Shown here piece by piece: positions 37,150 through 45,829 of a stretch of DNA of 64,000 nucleotides. This DNA is from an uncultured virus (IMG/VR IMGVR_UViG_3300031993_000054) (taxonomy: Duplodnaviria > Heunggongvirae > Uroviricota > Caudoviricetes): the IMG/VR virus record IMGVR_UViG_3300031993_000054. One strand, 5' to 3'. The translations under genes and the position numbers were made by a program. Position 1 is the first letter of the stretch. Each line of letters begins with the position of its first letter. The notes under the pieces were generated by a model. The model ran no database searches, was not told where the DNA came from, and was given only the letters and a program-made list of their open reading frames with translations.

Positions 37150-38457
37150 TTAACTGATGTCCTTCCCGTCCACAATTGTCACAGGACCAAAATATGCAGG
37201 GCGGGCGCCGAAGCCCGAGTTCGCGAGCGACCAGGCGTCGCTCGAGTTCACGCAGAGCGGCCCCGACTGCGACCCGTAACCCGAGTTACCGCCGACCAGG
37301 CAGACCTGTCCTGTGGCGTTGCCATAGAAGTAGTCGCACCAGCGCTGGTTGGAGTTTCCGGTGAGGGCAGTGGCGATGACATCGAAGAACTCGCCCTTGG
37401 TCATAACGCCAGCGTAGCCACTCGTGGTGAGGCGGGTGAGTTGGCGGAAGTGACCGTCCGGGTGGGAGGCCAGTTCACCGGCGGAGGGCAGGCGGTTTCC
37501 GTCGTAGATGAAGACTTCCGTGCCGTCCTGACCGGAGTTGCCGCTGTTGCCGAAGTAGATGCCCTGGACGAACTCCCACTGGAGGTTCCAGAGGTCTTCC
37601 AGGCCGCAGACGGAGACGTGCGTGGAGTCGGTCTGTGCGCCGGTGATGGCGACAGTGCCCGTGGCGTCACCGAGGCTCTTGGTCTTACCGGTCTTCTTGA
37701 GTTCGCCGGTGATATTGCCCCAGTCGTAACCGGCAGAACCGCCGACACCCTGGCCGATGGAAGCCTGGGCGTTCGCATTGCCGTTGGCCTCGGCCAAACA
37801 GAGCATGGAGATCCAGCGAACGTGGTCGTAGTCCTTGAGGCCCCAGTTGGAACCGAAGGTCTGGGCAGCGTTCCAGTATTGGGTGATGGTCTTGGACGAG
37901 GTGTCGAAGTCAACGCCGGAACGGGACACCAGTTTGCTGCTGGTGATGGAACCCTTGTAGGCGCCCAGAACGATGCGGTTGCCGTTGTCGGCGTTACCGA
38001 TGTAGTGGGCGGAGATGGGGAACTCGGAGCACCAGAGGTAAGGGATGCTGGTCTCCGCGTCGGTCTGCACCAGGTAGTACAGACGAGGAGCGATAACCAC
38101 GATGGAACCCTTGGTCTCGTCCAGGGTCGTGCCGTCGGCATAGATGCCGGAGTTGTTCGGGTGCAACTTCGCGGCGCGGCCGTTCGGGTCCATCAGGTAA
38201 CGGCCGATCTTGGCCTTGTAGGATTGCCAGGCTGCGATGTTTCCAACGAGGCCCCACGCAGGCGACGTCTGGGTAGCATCCTTGAGAGGGACACCCCACG
38301 CCACCTGGTGAAGCAACTCGGCCTGGCCTTCATTCATTGCAGTCTCGAAGTCCTCCATCGAGATACGGCGGATGGCGCCGTTGATCTCGACCAGGAGGCA
38401 ATTCGATTTCAGCATGGAAGTTACTGCTGTCGCATTTGCTAAAGGTTTGTTTGCCAT
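37150..38457 (-). CDS. DGR target protein 1, probable receptor-binding tail protein (CLec-type fold)
   Basis: GLEDLWNLQWEF...VCLVGG...GARPAY; VR1 near C-terminus; tail module. Confidence 0.88.
   Translation of the reverse strand: MANKPLANATAVTSMLKSNCLLVEINGAIRRISMEDFETAMNEGQAELLHQVAWGVPLKDATQTSPAWGLVGNIAAWQSYKAKIGRYLMDPNGRAAKLHPNNSGIYADGTTLDETKGSIVVIAPRLYYLVQTDAETSIPYLWCSEFPISAHYIGNADNGNRIVLGAYKGSITSSKLVSRSGVDFDTSSKTITQYWNAAQTFGSNWGLKDYDHVRWISMLCLAEANGNANAQASIGQGVGGSAGYDWGNITGELKKTGKTKSLGDATGTVAITGAQTDSTHVSVCGLEDLWNLQWEFVQGIYFGNSGNSGQDGTEVFIYDGNRLPSAGELASHPDGHFRQLTRLTTSGYAGVMTKGEFFDVIATALTGNSNQRWCDYFYGNATGQVCLVGGNSGYGSQSGPLCVNSSDAWSLANSGFGARPAYFGPVTIVDGKDIS
37195..37305 (-). repeat. DGR variable region VR1
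   Basis: 111 nt vs TR: 14 mismatches, all at TR adenines. Confidence 0.97.
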
Positions 38458-38475
38458 AAGGTATTGTATTAGGGA

Positions 38476-39579
38476 TTACATAGTCCATTCGACCTCAGAG
38501 ACCACAACCACGTCCTTCTCAACGCCGTTGACGTCAGTTTCCGCCGTGGTGATAGAGACGAGGTTGGTGGCGCCGGTGTTCTGGCCGGAAGCAGGGACCC
38601 TCTTGCGGGACACCCAGCCATCAGGGTCCATGACGTTCGACACCCATTTGGCACCGGTGATGGTGGTCAGTTCGGTGTTGGTACGAACATTCACGACGTA
38701 TGCCTGGAGGTAAACCGGCTTGTTGGCATCCACCTCGCGGTTCGGAGTGCCGGTGGTGGACCCGTCGCTGTTGCAATAGCGGTGCTCCACGTGGTAGTCG
38801 TCCAGAGTGTCGATGATGCGGATGCCGGCGCGGTACACCGGAGCGGCGCCACCTTCATACTCGGACTGGCTCTTGTAGAACTCGGCGATGAACAGTTGCG
38901 TTCCGTCCACGTCTGCCCGGGTAACGGTGATCTGGGTCTGGCCCAACTTCTCGGACCAATGGGTGTCATCCTTGAACCACTTCACGTAGAAACTGTTCTG
39001 CGTGAGGCCGCCCAGGTAGAGAGCGGTCTTGACGGTAGTCTGGGTGACGAGGGCCGTCAACTGCTCGGAGGTGGCATTGATGGTGCCGAAGTAAGAGGAT
39101 GCGCCCACGATCTGAATCTGGATGTCGATGCTCTTGCTCAGGTCGTACTCAACGCCGGCCACAGTGGCCACGCAGGAGTAAGTGAGGGAGTCGGATGCGA
39201 CATTGGTCGTGCTGGCCAGGTCGCCGATGATAGCCAGGGCACCGTTCGTCGCCATAGCAAAGCGGTCGTCCTCGGTGGATTTCGTGTAAACCACGCCGCC
39301 GATGGTGACGGTAGAGCCGGTGAATGTCAGGCTCACGTTGTTGTACTTCCAATGGTGATAGCCGAGCGTCACGGTGTTGCCGCGAGCAGACGTCACCTGA
39401 GGAGTGATGATAGGAGTCACCTTGCCGGTGCCAGTTCCCCATGCGGGAGTGACTACACCAGACTCGGGATCGACGCCCTGGAAGAGCGGAACCCCATTGG
39501 TGCCAAGAGTGATGAAGAAGGTATCACCGTTGCGGAGTCGCTTGACCGTGATACTGTTTTGTGCGCTGTAATTATCCAT
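38476..39579 (-). CDS. putative tail structural protein
   Basis: T/V/S-rich beta protein in tail module. Confidence 0.65.
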   Translation of the reverse strand: MDNYSAQNSITVKRLRNGDTFFITLGTNGVPLFQGVDPESGVVTPAWGTGTGKVTPIITPQVTSARGNTVTLGYHHWKYNNVSLTFTGSTVTIGGVVYTKSTEDDRFAMATNGALAIIGDLASTTNVASDSLTYSCVATVAGVEYDLSKSIDIQIQIVGASSYFGTINATSEQLTALVTQTTVKTALYLGGLTQNSFYVKWFKDDTHWSEKLGQTQITVTRADVDGTQLFIAEFYKSQSEYEGGAAPVYRAGIRIIDTLDDYHVEHRYCNSDGSTTGTPNREVDANKPVYLQAYVVNVRTNTELTTITGAKWVSNVMDPDGWVSRKRVPASGQNTGATNLVSITTAETDVNGVEKDVVVVSEVEWTM

Positions 39580-39788
39580 TACCAGTCTCCTTTTTTGATT
39601 AGTTTCTCGATTTGATCAAGGGTATAGATGGTCCCGCCGATTGCCGTAGCACGATCCTCCAGGGTCTCGCCCGGGATGATGTTCAGTTCCTTCTCGTCGA
39701 AGATGATGTGCTCGCCATTCCGCAGGCATCCACGGATGGACAGCCCTGCCTGGGCTGCCTGCATCCTGTCTGCGATGATGTATTTCAT
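39579..39788 (-). CDS. hypothetical protein
   Basis: 69-aa coupled ORF. Confidence 0.6.
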   Translation of the reverse strand: MKYIIADRMQAAQAGLSIRGCLRNGEHIIFDEKELNIIPGETLEDRATAIGGTIYTLDQIEKLIKKGDW

Positions 39789-39790
39789 GG

Positions 39791-41029
39791 TTAGTTGATA
39801 ATTAAGATGTTTCCACTCTCATCGACGAAGGGGTCGGTCCCGTCGGTTGCCACTTCGTAGGCCGGCTTGATTTCGCCCTCCACATACACGTCCATCCAGT
39901 CATCCTCATAGGTCCTGCCGATGCCGGTGGTCTGGATGAGGAACAAGGTCTTCTCGCCTTCATGGTGGGCCATCCTGGTCTTCTCAACCGTGTCCGTGAA
40001 CCAGTTCATCTTGATGATGCTGCCGGGGCACTCCACGACGTTGCCGTCGGCGTGCGCCATGACCTCATCGTACCGCTGGATATCCGAAGGCATGATAGCG
40101 GCTCCGTTGGTAGGCTCCAGGTTGTAGTTCGGATAGACGCGGTTCACGGAGAACTGAATCTGCGGGTTCGGGCGGGTGCTGTCGGTGAGGACGGCGCGGA
40201 CCAGGTAATCGGCCTTCGTGATGAGTCGCAGATCCAGGGTGAAACCGGTGTTGCTGAGCGCCAGCACTTCCGGGTCGGCCGTGGTCAGTTCCGTGAAGGA
40301 AGAGACATTGTTCACGCGGTAGAGTTTCAGCGTGAAGCCAGTTGTAATCACATCGGGACCCCTGTTCACCGTGACGGCGATGGCTCGCTTGTAGGCGTTC
40401 TCGTCAGTGGCGGCCGCCTCGGAGGCTGCGCTGGCCGAGATGATGTCGTGCGCCACCTTGTACTCGTACAGGTGGAGTTTGTCCTTGAAGGGATTGTACT
40501 GGATAATCTGGTCGTCACCGATGCTGATGCTGTACGCATCCTCGGAGACGTCCTCCGTGGAGAGGATGAAGGGGTCCGTCTTCACGGGGTTCAGAGTTCC
40601 CAGACGGGTGTCGGCCACAACGCCTTCAAAGCGGAGGCTGTACTGCTTCTCCGGGGGAACGTTCACACGGATGGTGATGGCGCCACGGTAGTTGGAACTC
40701 GACGTGTCAATCGAGTATTTGGGGTTGCCAAGGTCGTTGTTTCCCTGGAAGTCCGGGTGCTGCGAGATCTCGATGTCGTCCACATACCAGTGCATCTCCG
40801 TGAGGAGGTTATTGGCATACTGGTTGTGCCAGGATCCGTCGGAAGCCGACGCGAACACCTGGGGCCAGAACTCAGAGCCGGTGGCACGCCGGTCCGGCTC
40901 ATACTCGGCCGGAGACACTCGGCCGTTGTAGGTCTGCAAGGCCGGGCGGGTGGGCGTCAGGCACTCCACTGAGACGGCCAAATTCAGGGGAGCGTAGTCA
41001 ACCCTGATGCGTTTCTTGTTGCTTATCAT
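39791..41029 (-). CDS. putative tail structural protein
   Basis: 412-aa ORF in tail module. Confidence 0.65.
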   Translation of the reverse strand: MISNKKRIRVDYAPLNLAVSVECLTPTRPALQTYNGRVSPAEYEPDRRATGSEFWPQVFASASDGSWHNQYANNLLTEMHWYVDDIEISQHPDFQGNNDLGNPKYSIDTSSSNYRGAITIRVNVPPEKQYSLRFEGVVADTRLGTLNPVKTDPFILSTEDVSEDAYSISIGDDQIIQYNPFKDKLHLYEYKVAHDIISASAASEAAATDENAYKRAIAVTVNRGPDVITTGFTLKLYRVNNVSSFTELTTADPEVLALSNTGFTLDLRLITKADYLVRAVLTDSTRPNPQIQFSVNRVYPNYNLEPTNGAAIMPSDIQRYDEVMAHADGNVVECPGSIIKMNWFTDTVEKTRMAHHEGEKTLFLIQTTGIGRTYEDDWMDVYVEGEIKPAYEVATDGTDPFVDESGNILIIN

Positions 41030-44000
41030 ATCGAAAGAGTGTATTCGGTTTCAGTATCATCTGGCATCAGCACGCGAATCGTGAACAGTGTGCTCACTCC
41101 TATTTCGGCCAGGTCGGAATAGTTCGCATTGTGTACAATCTCAATCTCGCCGGCGAAGTTCCTCACCTTGGGGAGGAGTTTCCAGGCTGCGTCGGCCACG
41201 GGGTCCCCGGAGTCTCGCTCGATCTCCCACTCAATCACATCATCTGTGTGGTCGTCCCATCCCTTCATGACAGAGCACCGGACGTTCAGAGACTCTCCGT
41301 AAGCCAGCGTGTCCTGCCCCTCCGTGTCAATCTCGATGCGGTACGGCAGTTCCTCGAACTGCTTGATGGTGCCTGACATGTAGATGTTGTCAAGGTAGGC
41401 GGAGTAGCCGGACATGTTCAGGCCGAGCACGCTAAGATTCGACAGGTCGCCGAACTGGGCAGCGATGTTCTGGGCCGTGAACTCCCAGGAGTTGACGTCT
41501 TTCAGGTAGCGCTCGTAGGTCCTGGTGGAGTAGCGGCTGGTCTGACGGGTGGCGTCAGAGAAGTTGCCGTAGGCCACGAAGTTCATCTGGGCGCACGGGT
41601 GGTGCGCTTCCGGATACCTGGTGGACTCTGGACGGATGGCATAGCGGAAGCAGTGGTTGTCCTGGGCCAGCAGTTCGGTCACGCGGAAGTAGGTCGTGTA
41701 GAAACCGGCGAACTCAAAGTTTCCGATGCCATCGTCGGAATCCAGATTGGCGTTGACGGACTGGTCGAAGCCATCATGGAAGATACCCATGCAGATATCA
41801 TCGAGCGCGATGAGACCGATTTCGCCTTCCTCCAGGTGGAGGTAGGCTATGCCGGTATTCAGCATATTGCCGTTCTCATCGTAGTCCGGATAGACCTGCT
41901 CAATGATGCCGCCACCAGGAGCACGCCACTGGTTGCCTACCTGCACGGAAGTGCGGTTGTAGCGCAGTTCCGGGACTTCCAGCCAACGCCGGAGCGTCAG
42001 GGAGTCCAATTCGCCGTGGCCATACTCGTCGATGTTACCGCCCATGCCGGCCAGACCTTCCGCGTAGTCACCGAAGGAGGTGCCGGCAGCCATGTTAATC
42101 TTGCCGACGGCCGTGTCTTCGTGCTCTCTGGACAGGTAGGATTTCGTCTGGGCACGGACTGCGGCCTGTGCCTTCTGCACGATGTTGTTGACGTTCGCGA
42201 TGATCTGCTCCGGAGACAGAGACTCCGAGCCGGAAGACCGGCCCAGAACATTCTCCGAAAGCACAACCTCGACATTCGGCAGCATCTTGGCACCCATGTT
42301 CCAGGTGATAGTCATGGATCGGATGGCCAGTTGCAGAATCTCACCACCGGAGAAACGAGGGTCGTAAATCTCCATGACAACTCCGGTCCTGAGTTTGCTC
42401 ATCAGAGTCTCCGACTCATCCTGCTCCAGGGTGTTGATGCGCACGGGGTCCAACTGCACAGCCCAGGTAGGGTTGGCGTAGGACTTGGCATCCAGGGCGG
42501 CCTGCTTCGTCTCGTTCAGTTTCTTCTCGGCCCATACCACATAGAGGTGCGGCATGTCGATGCCAGTGAAGAAGAAGTGGTCGCCGGCAATAGGCTTCGG
42601 GCTGGTGCTGTTCGGCAGCATCTTGCCCGTGGAGTCAAACTCGGCATCAGACTTGGCCAGAATCAGACACCACTCGGACTGGACGCCATTGAGCGTCTTC
42701 GTGCGGTCAACGGTTGGCCAGTCCACGATGGTGAACTCATAGTCGCTGCTGGCCGACATCCAGCCATCAGAGAACGTCAGTTTCGCCTCGTTGCCAAGGC
42801 GGTCGCCCAGGATAGGCTCCCAGACGCGCTTCATGTACTCCAGGTCGGTCTCATTCGCTCCCTGCGTGGTCTGCCAGATATTCTTCACCCAGATCTTGAA
42901 GGTCATGGGGTTGTCGCCGGCATCAGACGCAAAGGACGAGATGAGGCGCACATTTGCCAATCCGACGGTGCGGATGGTCATCTTATTGGCAGGGTACGCA
43001 TTGATAGCGGCCTTGATATGCAGGTGGTAGGTGTAACCACCCATGAGGGCCGTAATCGGGAACTCAGCGTTGTCGCTCTCGCGGATGGCCACCACCTCAG
43101 AATACTGGGTATTGATGGAGCAGGCGTAGGCGTAGTTCGGATATACGATGCCAGAGGTATCGTCGCCAAGATGCCAGTTGAAGCGGATTTCTCCGACACG
43201 GTTGGACGGCACCTTGAAAGCCGGTCCATCGAACTCGTAGTAGCGCAGGGATTGGCCGGCGGCGAAGTTCTGCGTCTTTATCATGTCGCCCAGGCTTTCC
43301 GTCTGAGACGCACCGCCGTCATCTCCGTCCGTGATGGTGCCGATGGCCACAGCCTCGTCGATGCGCCCGTAAGGACTCACGGTGATTCCCTGGATTGTAG
43401 GGAAGATCTCATCATCGTCGTCCAGTTTACCCTGGCGCACTCCATACTCAGCGATAGAATCCACGTCCTCCACGTACTCGACCGGCTGGAACTTGGTGTC
43501 CGTAAGGCCCTTCTGGTACGCCCAGTGCGACTGAATCTCGGCAGGCTCCGGATTGGCCGGAGTGGGATAGTCAGGATCTACGGGGCGGTTAGGGTTGCGG
43601 AGCCATCCCTTCACGTAGTATCGGAAGTTGATGTCCAGCAGACGCTCGAAGTACACGTTGGCCAACTCGGCGCAAGCATCAGGGTCGCCGGCGAAGGCCG
43701 TGTTGTTCGGGTCCTCCTTCTTGAAGTACCGGTAAGGCAGGTTCTGCTCACCACCACGGCCAAGCAACTGGTTGTAGATGTCTGCATCCTGCAACTGGCG
43801 CTCAATGCGGGTAAGGCCGCCCTGGTATCCGTACTGGAAGATGTGACCCTGGATGGTGCTGATCTGGGAGCCGGCCGTGATGTAGTACACGCCGTTCTCC
43901 TCGCTCAGGCTCCAGATGAGGCCATACACATCGTAGAGCGCCGGGAGGACGTCCCACAGGTAGGTGTACTCAATCTGGACCTCCTTGACCTCATCGGACA

Positions 44001-44445
44001 AGGTGGCACTTTGGTCAACACGTATAACGAACCGGTTGGCCCCGAAATAGTAGGCCAGTACCCGGTTGAAAAGTTCTATGAAATTCTGGGCGTTGAGGCG
44101 GACGGAAGCGATGTACTTGTCAACAATCACCGTTCCCTGGTCAGCCTCAGAAAGTTCGATGAAGAAATACCGCTTCAACTCGGCGATGGGGAAGGACTGG
44201 AACGTCAGATCCACCATTGAGCACCTGGAAGTGTTGTCCTTCGCCGCCTGTGGCGTATGGGTATTGAGGGTGAACTTTTCCCCCTTGTACTCCACATACC
44301 ACTCTTCGCTCTCAAAGTCCGGGACGATATCACCGTCAATCCGGACCTGGGAGGTAATAATGCGGTCGCCCATCTCCTCAAAGGAAATGGTCGCCTGGGT
44401 CAGTGTCGCATAAGACGGAAAATGTTCGGTTATTCCTGGAATCAT
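41026..44445 (-). CDS. large tail / baseplate hub (Tal-like) protein
   Basis: 1139 aa, second gene class after tape measure; GRGGEQNLPYRY, DEIFPTI. Confidence 0.7.
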   Translation of the reverse strand: MIPGITEHFPSYATLTQATISFEEMGDRIITSQVRIDGDIVPDFESEEWYVEYKGEKFTLNTHTPQAAKDNTSRCSMVDLTFQSFPIAELKRYFFIELSEADQGTVIVDKYIASVRLNAQNFIELFNRVLAYYFGANRFVIRVDQSATLSDEVKEVQIEYTYLWDVLPALYDVYGLIWSLSEENGVYYITAGSQISTIQGHIFQYGYQGGLTRIERQLQDADIYNQLLGRGGEQNLPYRYFKKEDPNNTAFAGDPDACAELANVYFERLLDINFRYYVKGWLRNPNRPVDPDYPTPANPEPAEIQSHWAYQKGLTDTKFQPVEYVEDVDSIAEYGVRQGKLDDDDEIFPTIQGITVSPYGRIDEAVAIGTITDGDDGGASQTESLGDMIKTQNFAAGQSLRYYEFDGPAFKVPSNRVGEIRFNWHLGDDTSGIVYPNYAYACSINTQYSEVVAIRESDNAEFPITALMGGYTYHLHIKAAINAYPANKMTIRTVGLANVRLISSFASDAGDNPMTFKIWVKNIWQTTQGANETDLEYMKRVWEPILGDRLGNEAKLTFSDGWMSASSDYEFTIVDWPTVDRTKTLNGVQSEWCLILAKSDAEFDSTGKMLPNSTSPKPIAGDHFFFTGIDMPHLYVVWAEKKLNETKQAALDAKSYANPTWAVQLDPVRINTLEQDESETLMSKLRTGVVMEIYDPRFSGGEILQLAIRSMTITWNMGAKMLPNVEVVLSENVLGRSSGSESLSPEQIIANVNNIVQKAQAAVRAQTKSYLSREHEDTAVGKINMAAGTSFGDYAEGLAGMGGNIDEYGHGELDSLTLRRWLEVPELRYNRTSVQVGNQWRAPGGGIIEQVYPDYDENGNMLNTGIAYLHLEEGEIGLIALDDICMGIFHDGFDQSVNANLDSDDGIGNFEFAGFYTTYFRVTELLAQDNHCFRYAIRPESTRYPEAHHPCAQMNFVAYGNFSDATRQTSRYSTRTYERYLKDVNSWEFTAQNIAAQFGDLSNLSVLGLNMSGYSAYLDNIYMSGTIKQFEELPYRIEIDTEGQDTLAYGESLNVRCSVMKGWDDHTDDVIEWEIERDSGDPVADAAWKLLPKVRNFAGEIEIVHNANYSDLAEIGVSTLFTIRVLMPDDTETEYTLSI

Positions 44446-44450
44446 AAGCG

Positions 44451-44957
44451 CTAAACGGATTGCCCGCTTCCGCTCCCACTTCCAGCAGAAAGGTCGAAGT
44501 TGCAGAGGCTGGGCTTATTTACTCGGATAACCCATTCCACAACTACGACATCGTGTGCTTCACCAGTTGAATCCCTCCAAAAGTCTGTCGCAAGTGCTAT
44601 CGGTTTCGGGTATCCGACGATTTTCACTTTCTTGTAATCGTTGTAAAACTCGACCTGGTTAAAGGTCTTTACTCCGGCAGAATCTTTCGTGTACAGGGCG
44701 TCGTTGAAGGCTTTGATCACACTGTTCGCGTTCTCCAAGGCTCCTTCGGCCTTGATGTAGAATTTAACCTTGTAGTCGAAAGGAGCATCAACGGTCTTCG
44801 GCAAAATGTTCTCACCCTCCTTCTCAGGGTAGGTGGTAGTCTCAAAGTCCTTAGCCTCGGCGCCGAAGCGGTGGTCCGCAGATACGTACCACAACTTCCA
44901 GCCGGCAATGGTGTCCTTGATTGTACCGGAGCCTATTTTAAGCCTTACCTTGATCAT
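44451..44957 (-). CDS. putative distal tail protein
   Basis: Position between TMP and hub; C-terminal GSGSGSG. Confidence 0.55.
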   Translation of the reverse strand: MIKVRLKIGSGTIKDTIAGWKLWYVSADHRFGAEAKDFETTTYPEKEGENILPKTVDAPFDYKVKFYIKAEGALENANSVIKAFNDALYTKDSAGVKTFNQVEFYNDYKKVKIVGYPKPIALATDFWRDSTGEAHDVVVVEWVIRVNKPSLCNFDLSAGSGSGSGQSV

Positions 44958-45327
44958 CTCCTTGGTCCTCCTGGTTGTAACGGCATGTGGCGCACTTGTC
45001 GCCATCTACTTTTTCCTCATGATTCAGAACGGGACAGCCGTCACCCTCGTTCGTGAACCTACACCAATTCGCCTGACGGATGGAACGGCGCTTGTCATCC
45101 AGTTTCCGCTCCAGATGCTTGTTGTACTCCCTCGTCTTCCTGTTCTCGACATCCTGGTCCGCGATGTACTTCTTCTGAATCATCAGAATCTGCGACACGT
45201 TCTCAAGGACGTCTTTTTCCTTTTTCTGCTTGGAGCGCCAGACGCTCGCAAACCAACCTAAGATAGCAGTAATGGCCGGAAGCGCTACATCCCGCAGCAG
45301 ATCCAGTATGAAAGGGGAGTTCTCCAT
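44938..45327 (-). CDS. membrane protein with coiled coil (holin-like)
   Basis: One N-terminal TM, coiled coil, C-terminal Cys. Confidence 0.5.
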   Translation of the reverse strand: MENSPFILDLLRDVALPAITAILGWFASVWRSKQKKEKDVLENVSQILMIQKKYIADQDVENRKTREYNKHLERKLDDKRRSIRQANWCRFTNEGDGCPVLNHEEKVDGDKCATCRYNQEDQGDDQGKA

Positions 45328-45809
45328 TATTTGACAGAGTGTTGAAAGATTTTACATTTCATCTCCGGACTTGAGCAAGGCTCAACCTTGTTCTCACCAA
45401 AGATGTACAGAGGAATGTTGATGGACGTACCGTAGCCCTCAGCACATTCAACACGCATGTCACAGCCGTTCGCGAAATAAAGCATCGGAATCAGCTGCTT
45501 CTCAAGATTCAACCCGGTCTTGATAGTACCGGTACAGTTGTGGAAAACATAGACCTGGTGGTCCTTCAATACTTCGCCGTCGAAGTGCTTGTCAATATAA
45601 ATGCCAAACATCTCACAGCCGGTGAAATACTTCCGTAAGGTATCCATTCCCGGATAACCCTCCTCCAGCGCCCAGTCAATCGTCCGCTTGTACAAACCTA
45701 TTGCCGTGGCCCTGGAAGTCACTTCTTCCAAGGCCCGGCGGTTCTCTTCGCACATGTGATGCGCGGAAGCCTCGCGGCGCAACTGCTTTTTCCACTCGTT
45801 ATCCATCAT
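45327..45809 (-). CDS. hypothetical protein
   Basis: MMDNEWKK...; preceded by TATCTTTG box. Confidence 0.65.
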   Translation of the reverse strand: MMDNEWKKQLRREASAHHMCEENRRALEEVTSRATAIGLYKRTIDWALEEGYPGMDTLRKYFTGCEMFGIYIDKHFDGEVLKDHQVYVFHNCTGTIKTGLNLEKQLIPMLYFANGCDMRVECAEGYGTSINIPLYIFGENKVEPCSSPEMKCKIFQHSVK

Positions 45810-45829
45810 AGCGCAAAGATACAAAAATT

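Noticed and set aside
36679..38442. 587-aa + strand ORF containing two similar R/V-rich repeats
   Set aside because: Antisense shadow of DGR target 1 and TR; the repeats are TR and VR1 read backwards.
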